A DNA stretch of 64,000 nucleotides from Pseudomonadota bacterium (GCA_018062345.1 JAGOSL010000002.1:130192-194191); one strand, 5' to 3'. Counted from the stretch's first letter, positions 19,219-29,741 are shown. Numbers and translations are program-made. The notes: generated from the sequence alone by a model not told the origin.

Positions 19219-20550
19219 TTACGCTGCAAAGTATTCAAGTAAAATACTTATGCAATAAAGAATAGGTAATAGAATTACACATGACCATGCCATATAACCC
19301 AGGAAGCTAGGCATTTCAACGCCGCTTTGTTTTGCAATACTTCGCACCATAAAATTCGGGGCATTGCCAATGTAGCTTATGGCGCCCATGTATACGGACC
19401 CCAGAGATATAGCGAGTAATGTTGATGGTAACTGATGCATTAACGTTTGTGCGTTGCCACCTGCCATTTTGAAGAACAATAAGTATGTTGGGGCATTATC
19501 TAAAAATGCTGATAAACTGCCTGCAGTCCAGAAGTAGCGCGCAGCAATGGGAGAGCCGGAGGCATTGTGTGTGAAATCAAATAGTATGTGGAATGGGCCA
19601 TCAGCGCCTAGCTTTAGCATTGCTGATATAGGGATGAGGGTTAAGAAAATAACAAGAAATACGCGAGAAACTTCTTTTAATGGTTCAAAATTGAAGTGTT
19701 GTTGATGATGAACATGCTTTGGTGTTAGCCACAATGATATAGCGCCGATAGAAACGTAACTCAAGTCGCGAACAATATCTTGCCAGGAAATGCCTATTCC
19801 CATAATAGTGGCAGCATTGTCATCACTTAGTGTTGGCGCTAAAAGTGTAATTCCTGCAATTGCTATCATTAGTGCAAAGTTAAAGCCACCTTCAATTGTT
19901 ATGCCTACATCATTACGTTGAGAAATGGTGTGCTTATTTTTTACACGATCAATCAATGCAAAAATGCATAGGCTGCATGGGACAATAAAGAAAAATGGCT
20001 TCCACCCGTGTAACAACGTCCAAGAAAAATCAACGCCTGCCAGATATCCCATAAATAAAGGCGGATCCCCTAGGGGCGTTAAGCTGCCACCGATGTTTGC
20101 TACTATAAGAATGAAAAAAACACCCAGGTGAGTTTTATATGGGCGGTTGTGGTTAAGTTTTAGAAAAGGGCGAATCAATACCATTGATGCGCCTGTGGTG
20201 CCAATAAAATTGGCCAGGAAGGCTCCGATTAAAAGAATAAGTACATTATTTTTTAGGCTGTCAGAGATATTGAATTGCACATGAATACCGCCTGCGACTG
20301 CAAACAGGGCAAATAGTATTGCTATGAATGCAATATATTCATGAAATAGCATATGACCAAAATTGTGTATGGCTTGATGTGTGCCTTCAACACGGAACAT
20401 TGTGACTAATGTCCATATTCCAATAATTGCTAAAATATGCTTTTCAAAAGTATGCCAAATTTTAGGCAGCAACAAAGGACACAGAGCAAGTGCCAGCATC
20501 AGTGCTGTATATGGAATGGCGTCATACAATGAATACAATAATCCCTCCAT
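19219..20550 (-). CDS. ArsB/NhaD-superfamily ion transporter (putative Na+/H+ antiporter)
   Basis: 443 aa polytopic membrane protein. GASMVLIRPF and GDPPLFMGYL..V.F.WT resemble proteins usually annotated as sodium:proton antiporters of the citrate-transporter-like fold. Confidence 0.55.
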   Translation of the reverse strand: MEGLLYSLYDAIPYTALMLALALCPLLLPKIWHTFEKHILAIIGIWTLVTMFRVEGTHQAIHNFGHMLFHEYIAFIAILFALFAVAGGIHVQFNISDSLKNNVLILLIGAFLANFIGTTGASMVLIRPFLKLNHNRPYKTHLGVFFILIVANIGGSLTPLGDPPLFMGYLAGVDFSWTLLHGWKPFFFIVPCSLCIFALIDRVKNKHTISQRNDVGITIEGGFNFALMIAIAGITLLAPTLSDDNAATIMGIGISWQDIVRDLSYVSIGAISLWLTPKHVHHQQHFNFEPLKEVSRVFLVIFLTLIPISAMLKLGADGPFHILFDFTHNASGSPIAARYFWTAGSLSAFLDNAPTYLLFFKMAGGNAQTLMHQLPSTLLAISLGSVYMGAISYIGNAPNFMVRSIAKQSGVEMPSFLGYMAWSCVILLPILYCISILLEYFAA

Positions 20551-20553
20551 TTT

Positions 20554-20601
20554 TTGGCGTTCCCGACGGGATTCGAACCCATGGCCTCAAGATTAGGAAT
20601 C
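20554..20601 (-). repeat. 47-48 nt perfect copy of the 3' part of tRNA-Arg(CCU), from anticodon loop to CCA (att-like)
   Basis: tggcgttcccgacgggattcgaacccatggcctcaagattaggaatc is identical to 37069-37115, plus one flanking t. Same orientation as the intact gene. It ends 4 nt from the transporter ATG. Confidence 0.9.
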
Positions 20602-20998
20602 GTAAAATCTACTATTTTCTATAGCTTTAAATTCCTTAATAAACCTTTGCAAATATTTTTGTAACCCTTGTGTAGTCCCGAAAAAGATACAAAAACTAAG
20701 TTGAACTATAAACATGATGGATAATAAAATCAATTTTAATAAAGCAGCTTTTGATGGCACAAGATTTTTTTCTTCTGCGCCAGGTTCTGCCGAAATGTGT
20801 TGGAGGAACTGATGTTGCTTAGATAGTTGGAGGATGTTAGTAAAAGAATGAAGATATTTATGGTTACTAATTATGAAAGCAAAGCGAGATAAAGGAAGAA
20901 CTTAGAAGAGAATATCTATATATTGTCTTTAGCGTTTTGGAACATGAATACCTATTTAATACGCACGTAATCGAAGAACATAGTTCAAAGAGGTTTTT

Positions 20999-22534
20999 AT
21001 GAAGGCACTTCGTTTAGTTTTTTGGGATCAGTTATCTCTTTCTCTATCTTCATTAAAAGATGTTGGCCCTCATGATATTGTTTTAATGTGTGAATTACGG
21101 AATGAAGTAACGCGCGTTAAACATCACCCTAAAAAAATTGCATTATGGTTTTCAGCTATGCGCCATTTTGCCGAAGAATTAACTAATAAAGGGTTGAATG
21201 TTCGGTATATTGATTTTAATGATTCGTTGAATACCCATAATCTTACTGAAGAAGTTAAAAGGGCAGTTAATAGTAGTTTGATCAAGAAAATTATTGTCAC
21301 AGAGCCAGGAGAATATCATTTTCAAGAAACCATAAAATCATGGGAAAAAGCTCTAGATGTAGATGTGGAAATTCGCGCAGATGATCGATTTTTATGCGGC
21401 ATCGAAGAATTTAAAGAATGGGCTAGCACTAAAAAAGAGCTGAGAATGGAATACTTTTATCGGAATATGCGCAAAAAGTATCACATCTTAATCGAGCCAG
21501 ACGGACAACCCACAGGCGGGCTTTGGAACTACGATAAAGAAAATCGCAAACCTCTATCTAGGGATATTATCCCTATAAAGCGTATGATTCATAAAAAATC
21601 GGCGATTTTAATGAGCGTTTTAGAATTGGTTCGTGCCAATTTTAATAGTCATTTCGGGGACTTAGATCCATTTTATTATGCCATTACCCGTGATCAAGCG
21701 TTGATGGAGTTGGATCATTTTATTGATCAAATTTTACCACACTTTGGTGATTACCAAGATGCTATGCTGAAGGGGGATGCTTATCTTTATCATTCTCTTT
21801 TGTCTTCATATATTAATATTGGTCTTCTCTTACCCCTTGAAATATGTCAAAAAGCTGAAGCAGCCTATAGAAGAGGTAAGGTGTCTCTTAATTCTGCTGA
21901 AGGTTTTATCCGTCAAATTCTTGGATGGAGAGAATTTATAAGGGGGATTTATTGGTTTAAAATGCCTGGGTACGCTGATCTCAACACTCTTGATGCGAAA
22001 AATCCTCTCCCTAATTTTTACTGGGGGAAAAAAAACCATATGACTTGTGTGTCAGAGGCTGTTTCGGATACAAAAATTCACGCCTATTCTCATCATATTC
22101 AACGCCTGATGGTTACAGGAAATTTTGCACTTCTTGCAGGATTAGATGTTAAAGAGGTGCAAGAGTGGTATTTAGCGGTCTATAGTGATGCATATGAGTG
22201 GGTTGAAATGCCCAATACTCTTGGTATGACCCTTTTTGGTGATGGAGGGGTTGTTGCTAGTAAGCCTTATGCCGCAAGTGGTCAATACATCAATAAAATG
22301 AGTAACTTTTGCAAACATTGCGCTTATGATGTAAAAGATATGACGGGTCCTAAAGCTTGCCCATTTAATGCGCTGTATTGGAATTTTTTACAACGCCATC
22401 GCGAGTCATTTTCAAAAAATCCTCGCCTTTCTTTTATGTACAGTACCTGGGATAAGTTTGATATCTCTAAAAAAAATGCCATCATCTCCAAGGCTGCTGA
22501 TATTTTGAAAAAAATGGAAGAGGGAACTCTTTGA
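20999..22534 (+). CDS. cryptochrome/photolyase-family protein, FeS-BCP / bacterial (6-4) photolyase-like (COG3046 type)
   Basis: 511 aa. N-terminal LVFWDQLS..., a [12 protein letters not shown]-type helix, and a Cys set (MTCVSE...NFCKHCAYD...ACPFN) spaced like the 4Fe-4S ligands of CryB/PhrB. Confidence 0.75.
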   Translation: MKALRLVFWDQLSLSLSSLKDVGPHDIVLMCELRNEVTRVKHHPKKIALWFSAMRHFAEELTNKGLNVRYIDFNDSLNTHNLTEEVKRAVNSSLIKKIIVTEPGEYHFQETIKSWEKALDVDVEIRADDRFLCGIEEFKEWASTKKELRMEYFYRNMRKKYHILIEPDGQPTGGLWNYDKENRKPLSRDIIPIKRMIHKKSAILMSVLELVRANFNSHFGDLDPFYYAITRDQALMELDHFIDQILPHFGDYQDAMLKGDAYLYHSLLSSYINIGLLLPLEICQKAEAAYRRGKVSLNSAEGFIRQILGWREFIRGIYWFKMPGYADLNTLDAKNPLPNFYWGKKNHMTCVSEAVSDTKIHAYSHHIQRLMVTGNFALLAGLDVKEVQEWYLAVYSDAYEWVEMPNTLGMTLFGDGGVVASKPYAASGQYINKMSNFCKHCAYDVKDMTGPKACPFNALYWNFLQRHRESFSKNPRLSFMYSTWDKFDISKKNAIISKAADILKKMEEGTL

Positions 22535-22704
22535 TGTCCCAAAATATAAAAAAACAAGATCTTCCTCAAAAAGTATGTATCGTTTGCAAACGTCCCTTTA
22601 CCTGGAGAAAAAAATGGAAAAAAGTTTGGGATGACGTTAAATATTGCTCTTATAAATGTCAAAAGAATAAAAAATTTTTGGTATTAGTTCAGGAAAAAAC
22701 ATGA
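22534..22704 (+). CDS. DUF2256 zinc-ribbon protein (56 aa, absent from the ORF track)
   Basis: ATG overlaps the photolyase TGA (tgATGa). The translation contains [28 protein letters not shown], the DUF2256 signature. Confidence 0.7.
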   Translation: MSQNIKKQDLPQKVCIVCKRPFTWRKKWKKVWDDVKYCSYKCQKNKKFLVLVQEKT

Positions 22705-22831
22705 AGAAAACTAGGATTATCAGAGCAGGTTTATTAGCTTTTACTTTGAAAGAAAAGCTTTCTCAAAAGTTAGTGACTGCGTATTTGAAATCTGCTGATT
22801 TTGTTGTTTCAAAAAATTCGAGTTACGTCTT

Positions 22832-23311
22832 ATGAAAATCAAAAAAACCCCCTACCTTTCTTTAATCATTTGGATTTTATCAATCATAACGATTGGAGGG
22901 CTTATTGGCTCTTTAACCAAGCCGCAGATCAGCACTTGGTATATAACCTTAAATCGTGCTCCACTAACACCACCAAATTACATATTTTCTGTGGCTTGGA
23001 CTTTATTATATGCAATGATTGGCACTTGTGGCTGGCTTATTTGGCGCGAAGATTCATTTGCCCGGCTAAAGGTTATAAAAACCATATTCGTGACTCAGCT
23101 TATTCTAAACTGGATTTGGACACCCGTATTTTTCTATTATCATTTACCCAACGTTTCTCTGCTAATTTTGTGTGCTATGGATATTCTGGTTGGTATAATA
23201 ATTTGCCAGGCCTATTTAACCAAGAGAGCGGTATTCTTTTTATTGATTCCCTATTTTTTATGGATTCTATTTGCTACCTACTTAAACTTTTATATTTGGT
23301 GGTTTAACTAA
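22832..23311 (+). CDS. tspO: tryptophan-rich sensory protein TspO/MBR
   Basis: 159 aa, 5 TM. W-rich motifs WY..L.RAP.TPPN..F...WTLLY..IG...W. Confidence 0.85.
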   Translation: MKIKKTPYLSLIIWILSIITIGGLIGSLTKPQISTWYITLNRAPLTPPNYIFSVAWTLLYAMIGTCGWLIWREDSFARLKVIKTIFVTQLILNWIWTPVFFYYHLPNVSLLILCAMDILVGIIICQAYLTKRAVFFLLIPYFLWILFATYLNFYIWWFN

Positions 23312-24201
23312 TATGTTTGCTGTAAATACGGAAGACATCCCCTTAAAAGACCAGATCTGTAATCTGGATAAATTAACTCTACACCTAATTTTTTAATAAT
23401 TTTTCTGTTATTAACTTTTTTGTTATCCGTAAAAAACATTTTTAAATTCTCTGAAATTTTTGCTTCTTCTTCCAGTATTTCTTTTAATTTATCCCTCTTC
23501 AAAATTGCAGCTCCAAACTGTTGGACTATGTGAAGCGGTGCAGGCTCATTATCGCTTATGTTATAAATTTCTCCTGGTGTCGGATGGTTTATTGATCCAA
23601 GAACTAATTCGCATATATCGTCTATGTGTATCCTAGAAAAATAATGATTTTTCTTAACGATCGTAAAATTTTTACCCATGAGAATGTCTTCTAAACAGTT
23701 TCTGCCAGGACCATAAATTCCTGATAATCGAAAGACATGTACAGGCGACTTAACTGTTTTATAAAGGCTTAACCATTGTATTTCTGCGTCTAATCTCGAT
23801 CTTGCTTTTTCATTGCTTGGATAGCATGGTGTTGTTTCATCAATCCAAGCACCTTTATGGTCTCCATAGACATTTGTTGACGAAAGGTATCCTGCCCACT
23901 GCAATGACGATTTTTTGGCTGCAATGATATTGCTATATTCTTGCAAGACCGGATCTGCATTTTTCTCATTTGGCGGAATGGTAGTCACAATTACATTAGA
24001 ATCTTCAATAATTTCTGGAAGAGTGGGGTCAAAAAAATTGATGAATCTGAGATTTTCCTTTTCAACTGGAATCCCGATCTCAATTTTTCTTGAGGTGCAT
24101 ACAACATTCCAGCCAAGATGATTAAATATTTTAATCAAAGACTTCGATACATAACCGTGACCAAAAATTATTGCTTTAACTTTATTAGGTAATAGGCGCA
24201 T
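23308..24201 (-). CDS. NAD(P)-binding epimerase/dehydratase-like (extended SDR) protein
   Basis: N-terminal Rossmann-like IIFGHGYVS, SSTNVYG, IYGPGR. 297 aa. Confidence 0.55.
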   Translation of the reverse strand: MRLLPNKVKAIIFGHGYVSKSLIKIFNHLGWNVVCTSRKIEIGIPVEKENLRFINFFDPTLPEIIEDSNVIVTTIPPNEKNADPVLQEYSNIIAAKKSSLQWAGYLSSTNVYGDHKGAWIDETTPCYPSNEKARSRLDAEIQWLSLYKTVKSPVHVFRLSGIYGPGRNCLEDILMGKNFTIVKKNHYFSRIHIDDICELVLGSINHPTPGEIYNISDNEPAPLHIVQQFGAAILKRDKLKEILEEEAKISENLKMFFTDNKKVNNRKIIKKLGVELIYPDYRSGLLRGCLPYLQQTY

Positions 24202-24242
24202 GTGACTTTATTGAAAGCTATCAAGCCAGACGTTGCCTGAGT

Positions 24243-24872
24243 TCATATAGGGAAACATAGTAGCTCACTGATTGACTCACTGACTGTCTCAAACCTTGCA
24301 AATAACTGGCCATCGTAATCATCATCTCCAATAGCAATCGCTGCCATATTTAGGTTTTTGGCAAATTCCCAGTCAGTAATGCTATCTCCAATATAAACAG
24401 TATCGCTAGCATTTAATTTGAAATGTTCCAGAGCAACTAAACCCATTTCAGGATTAGGCTTATCAAAAGCAGTGTCTCCCGACCCCAGAACTAAATCAGC
24501 GGGAATATTAAATAATTCAATTTCTTCACGTAAAAGACCACCTTTTTTATTGCTGATGATTGCAATAATTTTCTCAGCCTTTTTTAATGAGTTTAGCAAG
24601 GGAAGCGTTCCGTCATACAATTTTATATCCTTTTTATTTTCATTAATTGATTTATAAAAAACGTCTAGCGCTTCTTTCCAGTCATTTCCAAATAGCTTAG
24701 GAAAACTTTCTCGCGAGGAAAGTCTGGCTCGGATTTTAACTTCCTCCATGGAAATTTCTGCTCGTCCAAAATGTTTTAATGTAACATTTGTAGCTTTGAA
24801 AAGAGTCGGCCATGTATCAACTAAAGTATTATCCCAATCGAAAAATACTGCTTTGAATTTTTGCTTTATCAT
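24243..24872 (-). CDS. HAD-superfamily phosphatase (phosphoglycolate phosphatase-like)
   Basis: Motif I FFDWDNTLVD, motif II ISNK, motif IV GDSITD. Its ATG overlaps the secretin TGA (ATGA). Confidence 0.75.
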   Translation of the reverse strand: MIKQKFKAVFFDWDNTLVDTWPTLFKATNVTLKHFGRAEISMEEVKIRARLSSRESFPKLFGNDWKEALDVFYKSINENKKDIKLYDGTLPLLNSLKKAEKIIAIISNKKGGLLREEIELFNIPADLVLGSGDTAFDKPNPEMGLVALEHFKLNASDTVYIGDSITDWEFAKNLNMAAIAIGDDDYDGQLFARFETVSESISELLCFPI

Positions 24873-26536
24873 TTTAAGGGTCTCGGGTCTGTTGTGTATT
24901 CGCTCATTAATCGATGGTCAGCGCCATCAAGCGTGGCTCCATTATCCATAATTGTAGCTTTTAAGACAATCACTAATTCCACAATCGTGTCCCCTTCTGT
25001 CAAACTACCTGTTAGATCACGCACTAAAGGTATTTCATCTAGCCCAGGAACTCCTTGTCTGTGCTCTGATGAACGCACTTCCATTAAGCCCCCAAGAATA
25101 GCCATTTCTTTGTCTTGCAGTCTTAGAACTGAGTCAATTTCTCGTACTTCTACAACTGGAATCATTGATTGAGTTGGCGATTTAGAAGCATTTGTTTCGC
25201 TGCTAATAGATGCGTTAAAAGCAATATCAATAGCTGGGTCTGCAACGGTTTGGGTAAGCCTTGATATGCTTGGTCTTAAAAATAATATTATTTCACCAGT
25301 TTGTGGGTCAATTGAAGGCTGCACCAGCATAATTAATCCAATAGGAACTGTCTGAATATCACTCGATACAGTAGTGCTTTCTCGGTTGTTCTGTGAATTA
25401 TACATTTTGTCATAGTTAAGTCTGAAATAGACTTTATTTTGTGCAACTTTCAGTATGGCTGCTTGATTGTTCATAACAGTAAGACGCGGGCTTGATAACG
25501 TGCGAACTAGCCCGAATTCTTGTAAAGTATTAGCAATAGCTGAAAATTTTGTACCATCTGCTCCAAAGCTAATCATGTCGGTTTGGGCAGTAGTTGGGTC
25601 TAAAAAAATACCTTTTCTAGTCATGTCACCAAAGTTTGCTCGCACTTGAAGATCACTATTGGTCCCAACTGTATGCCAATTAATACCGCTCCTGTACTCA
25701 TCTTTCAGTGTTACTTCAATGATTTTTGCCTCTATTAAAACTTGGCAACAAGCTATTTGGCGCAGTTTTTTTAAATATAATTCTACCTGCTGATGTTGCT
25801 TTCTATTGGCATGTAAGGATATCAATCCTGCTTGCCTATGCATTGAATACGCCCCTTTTTCCGATCCAGCATCCAAAATGGTTTTTAAGTTTTGCTCTAA
25901 TTCATCCCAAAAGTCATTTTTGGTCGTGGCCTTTAATGCGCTTTTTGACACATTGTCGCTCATATTTGTTTTTGAGGGTCCAACACTTGAAAATACATCT
26001 GAAGCAATGGATAGTTGGTCTTCGCTGGTACGAGCAAGATTCAAGAACTGCACATTATAATTTTGTGAATATGCAATATCACGTTCTATGCGAATGGCAT
26101 TATCAATAACATCAAATCTTAAATTTGCCATCTCACACATAGATTTTATTACATCTATGAATGGGCGTTTTTTTGCCGTGAAAATAATCTTTGCATCAAT
26201 TGTGTGATCTAGTTGCAAATCAACATCTGCTTGTCGAGCTAACTCAATAAAAATATTTTTAAGGGGAACTCCTTCCGAAACCGAAATACTAACAGGCTGA
26301 TACATCATCTTAGGCAGTTTTGGAATTTTTACAGATCGAGATATTTTTTTAGCTAGTGGCCCTACTGTAAAATCAGTCGGTTGAACTAAATTCTTTGCTT
26401 CTTGTTTGCTTATTTTTGGCATTAGAGGTTGATGATCAACCATTTCTCTGCAGCCTGCCAACATTAAGAAAAGTGAAAAAAATAAAGCTAGCAATTTATA
26501 TCTCCATTTTACATCACCATCTGCTAAGTGAAACAA
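24869..26536 (-). CDS. lipoprotein secretin (MshL / type IVb-pilus-secretin-like)
   Basis: Lipobox LFLMLAGC. C-terminal secretin domain (RTLSSPRLTVMNNQAAILKV...IPVVEVREIDSVLRLQDKEMAILGGL...GVPGLDEIPL...ELVIVLKATI). TTG start assumed. Confidence 0.8.
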   Translation of the reverse strand: MFHLADGDVKWRYKLLALFFSLFLMLAGCREMVDHQPLMPKISKQEAKNLVQPTDFTVGPLAKKISRSVKIPKLPKMMYQPVSISVSEGVPLKNIFIELARQADVDLQLDHTIDAKIIFTAKKRPFIDVIKSMCEMANLRFDVIDNAIRIERDIAYSQNYNVQFLNLARTSEDQLSIASDVFSSVGPSKTNMSDNVSKSALKATTKNDFWDELEQNLKTILDAGSEKGAYSMHRQAGLISLHANRKQHQQVELYLKKLRQIACCQVLIEAKIIEVTLKDEYRSGINWHTVGTNSDLQVRANFGDMTRKGIFLDPTTAQTDMISFGADGTKFSAIANTLQEFGLVRTLSSPRLTVMNNQAAILKVAQNKVYFRLNYDKMYNSQNNRESTTVSSDIQTVPIGLIMLVQPSIDPQTGEIILFLRPSISRLTQTVADPAIDIAFNASISSETNASKSPTQSMIPVVEVREIDSVLRLQDKEMAILGGLMEVRSSEHRQGVPGLDEIPLVRDLTGSLTEGDTIVELVIVLKATIMDNGATLDGADHRLMSEYTTDPRPLK

Positions 26537-26688
26537 AAGTAATAGGACTTGAGTAGCTATCAGATTTTATATATTGATTCATATTAACAATAGAAATCTA
26601 AGCACTTCCTGTTTTATAAAACGAAATGCAACACCAAGATGTTTGTTAAAAAGTAGACATAAGTAATTGGTTTTGGATAAAAGCTACT

Positions 26689-28509
26689 CTAAAGAAGTGG
26701 CTCTTCTTGGTGCAAAAGCTCTTTAAGATTTTTTGGGATACAGATCCATGTTTCAATGTTATGTTGCAAAGCACGCTCCATAAGAATCTTACCTTGCTTT
26801 GTGGCTCCAGTATGGATAAGAAAAATTCCTTCAAGCCAGAGACCAAAAAGATCTTGTGAGTTTCTAGAAAGTATGGCGTTTATAAGGCCTTTTGCTTTTG
26901 TAAAATCATTGTTCTCAATAAGTTCGCTGATATATTGAACCAATAAATCACTTCTTTTGGGTGCTTTTTGTTGAATAGCGCTTGCAATGCCATCGAATAA
27001 AAATTCTTTTTCAATTGTAGATCCTTGGAAATGTCTCATTGCATGCAGTAATGCTATATCTAGAATTAATGGACTGGTTTTTGAATCATAATTTTTAAAT
27101 ATTAAATCTAGCTCATTCATCGTTGCCTGAGAGGGGGGCTGCTTCATTTTCTTTAAAATGCTCAAAGTGAAATGCCCAAGATGGAATCCCCTGTAATTAT
27201 AAGGTTGTTTTATATCACTTGCAGTTGGTAATTTCTTACTATGAGTAAATCTAAAAAATAAAGATTTTTGATTTGCAGGATATAAGATTGCTGTGTTCCA
27301 GTAAGTTACTGCTGCATAAGCACAAAAAATTGTTGAAATCCATAACCATAAAATAGTTAAAGGAGCTCTGGTGATGGTAATTCTATGCCGATTAAATATA
27401 GAAAAGCCCACTATTAAAAAAGGCCAGACACATACTAAGGTGAACCATGTGGATGTTAAGCATCCAAAAAGTATCACGAATATGAAAATGTGAATTCTAC
27501 TCTTTCTAGTGGTAGGTTCAGATAATGGCGTAACCAGCAAAGTAATGTAAAGAATTAGTCCGATTATTCCTATACTGAAAAGTGTTTCAGCGCCAAAATG
27601 CATGCAGTGGAAGTCTAGTCTGTCAATTCCATCCCAACTAGGCTTCCAAGAATTATCTTGAAAAAATGTAACAGGAAGCCTTGTTATTTGTTTTTGCAAA
27701 TTTTCAAAATAATATCCCCATCCATTGCCAGATAATAGTTTTAGTGGATTGTCGTTCCAGGTCAGCACATAACTCTGTAGGGCTAATTTTCTGGATTCTA
27801 GTGAAGAAAATACAGGCCATTTCTCAACAATATGCTTAGCGCCTAGAACGTATATAGCTATTATCGTTCCAAACGGAATACTTGCACATAAATATTTTTG
27901 CAAACGTTGTCTGTGTTTTATTATAGGCCAAACACATAAGCTTAAAGCAAGCGCTGCCCATGCTGTTTTATTGTGCGATAATAGCAAGAGCAGGCAGCTA
28001 AGCAAGAGAAGAATTTTTTGTTGTGTCTTGCTTTTTAAGTGTGTGCTTACCGCATAAATTCCTAGTGCGATTGGTGCTAGAAAAGCTCCAAAAACGTAAG
28101 GAAGCCAATCTGGATTAACTTTTAAACCATGCTGGGGATGATGCAGAAAAACTAAAATTCCCGCAACAATACCTGCGAAAACCGCAGACCAATATATAAT
28201 GCTTTTTTCAGAGGAATTATCGATTGCAAAAGATAAAAGAGATAAACCGCAAAATAGCACTGACCCTTCTCCTAGCAAAGGGCTGCCTAAATGGTGCACG
28301 ATGGAATTGTTGGCCCATAATGTTGAAAATAAAGAAAAAAGGCCGAAACCAAAGAAAATTAATGTGTGAGCTGAGCAATACAGCTTTCTTTTTAGGCTCC
28401 ATAAAATAATCAAACATAAGCCCAGAACTGAAAATATCAAATGTGCTGTAGCCAAAACGCATTCTGAATCAACCCATATGCCAATCCTAAATGGTGGAAG
28501 CGCCATCAA
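26689..28509 (-). CDS. O-antigen ligase-like (Wzy_C) polytopic membrane protein with C-terminal TPR-like region
   Basis: At least 10 TM segments. Wzy_C-like loop plus MHFGAETLFSIGIIGLILY. Soluble C-terminal ~190 aa with TPR-like helices. This is the PglL/PilO-type architecture. Confidence 0.6.
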   Translation of the reverse strand: MMALPPFRIGIWVDSECVLATAHLIFSVLGLCLIILWSLKRKLYCSAHTLIFFGFGLFSLFSTLWANNSIVHHLGSPLLGEGSVLFCGLSLLSFAIDNSSEKSIIYWSAVFAGIVAGILVFLHHPQHGLKVNPDWLPYVFGAFLAPIALGIYAVSTHLKSKTQQKILLLLSCLLLLLSHNKTAWAALALSLCVWPIIKHRQRLQKYLCASIPFGTIIAIYVLGAKHIVEKWPVFSSLESRKLALQSYVLTWNDNPLKLLSGNGWGYYFENLQKQITRLPVTFFQDNSWKPSWDGIDRLDFHCMHFGAETLFSIGIIGLILYITLLVTPLSEPTTRKSRIHIFIFVILFGCLTSTWFTLVCVWPFLIVGFSIFNRHRITITRAPLTILWLWISTIFCAYAAVTYWNTAILYPANQKSLFFRFTHSKKLPTASDIKQPYNYRGFHLGHFTLSILKKMKQPPSQATMNELDLIFKNYDSKTSPLILDIALLHAMRHFQGSTIEKEFLFDGIASAIQQKAPKRSDLLVQYISELIENNDFTKAKGLINAILSRNSQDLFGLWLEGIFLIHTGATKQGKILMERALQHNIETWICIPKNLKELLHQEEPLL

Positions 28510-28754
28510 AAACAGCCAAAAGCTAGCAGCTATACAAATAAATAGGCATTTTTCAAAAAAATAGCTTACTCTCTTTATTGTAATCTCCGCATTTTCAGCT
28601 AGTGTTGTTTGTTAACTTTTGCTTAGTTTTTTTGATAAAGTAAGTTTTATCTTCCTTATGATGTCTTTAAATATTTAGAACCGTGTTTAAATAACAACGG
28701 TTGCCTGAAATAATAGCTAAAATATGAAATCAGTAGTAAGAAAAGACTTCATAT

Positions 28755-29741
28755 TTGTTAGTCTATATTCGTAAAGTTATAGATTTTTATCCTGTGGGCA
28801 ATTTTTGCGCGCTATTTTTATTTTTAATCGCACCCCTTCTAGGTAGCGTTGCCATTCCTTCTGTGAATCACCAGCCGGCAGTTCAAAGTCAAAACGTTGT
28901 AGGCGATACAGCAGGTGAGTCGAACGAGCCAGTCGAACAAATTACTGAAGCTCCTTCTTTAAAAGCTGCACCTATTAATCCTGATGAGCCTCAATCTTTT
29001 AAGCTTATGCCTCATAAGGCAGTTTATGAAATACATTTGCATCCAGATCCTCTTAAAAAACCAAAGGACCCTACAATTAGCGATGTGACTGGTACCGGTT
29101 CAATTGAGATTATCAAAACTAAGGAAGGTTGGGTATACCGTCAAAATTTGGCTGTACAAATTCACTATCACGATGGCACAACAACAACCATTGAGAGAAA
29201 TATTGCTTCTTGGGAATCTCCAACAGAAATATCTTTTCACATTGAAAATTTTCGTGATGGTGTGACAGAATCCCTTCTGCAAGGTGGAGCCGAAGCAACA
29301 GAAGAGGGAATTTGGAGTGTGTATTTTCAAAAACCTGAAATGGATGGCTTTATAACAGACCAACCTCTTACTTTTCCGATAATGCATCTTGAAAAAGTGC
29401 TTGAAACTATCAAAAAGGGAAACTGTATGAAGGTAGGGTGCATTCTTTCTAATCAGATTGTCTTTTCATATGAGCTGCAAGCACAAGTGCGAATTGATAC
29501 GATCGTGATTCCATTAAAAGGAGAAAGATTCTCTTTAAAAGATAGCTCATTGTTGCCCTCGAATAAGCTTTGGCGTCTCCAAGAGGCCTTATATGAATTG
29601 CAGTCAAATAATTCTGTTCCTGACTATGAAGAAAGCAACATCGATATATTTTCCACAGGCGTTATTAGTGCAATGGAAACAACGTGGGGAGAAGGTATAA
29701 CAGTTGTTTTAAAGCTTAAAGAGCTGACGGTTTATCAATAA
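28755..29741 (+). CDS. DUF1849 / EipB-like periplasmic protein
   Basis: Signal-like N-terminus, then PHKAVYEI...GW...SWES...F.DG...LTFPIMHLEKVLETIKKG, resembling the alphaproteobacterial DUF1849 pattern (PHRAVYDL...FPT.H). TTG start. Confidence 0.5.
   Translation: MLVYIRKVIDFYPVGNFCALFLFLIAPLLGSVAIPSVNHQPAVQSQNVVGDTAGESNEPVEQITEAPSLKAAPINPDEPQSFKLMPHKAVYEIHLHPDPLKKPKDPTISDVTGTGSIEIIKTKEGWVYRQNLAVQIHYHDGTTTTIERNIASWESPTEISFHIENFRDGVTESLLQGGAEATEEGIWSVYFQKPEMDGFITDQPLTFPIMHLEKVLETIKKGNCMKVGCILSNQIVFSYELQAQVRIDTIVIPLKGERFSLKDSSLLPSNKLWRLQEALYELQSNNSVPDYEESNIDIFSTGVISAMETTWGEGITVVLKLKELTVYQ

Noticed and set aside
20602-20998. Search for an integrase or excisionase remnant, or a small RNA, in the 397-bp spacer next to the att-like copy
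   Set aside because: By eye, only a 32-codon ORF (MMDNKINFNKAAF...) is present, and no tyrosine-recombinase motifs appear in any frame. It is left unannotated, but a translated search could still find a relic.
22801-23307. 168-aa ORF overlapping tspO in another frame
   Set aside because: The 22832..23311 frame gives a canonical TspO sequence. The alternative frame has no recognisable features.
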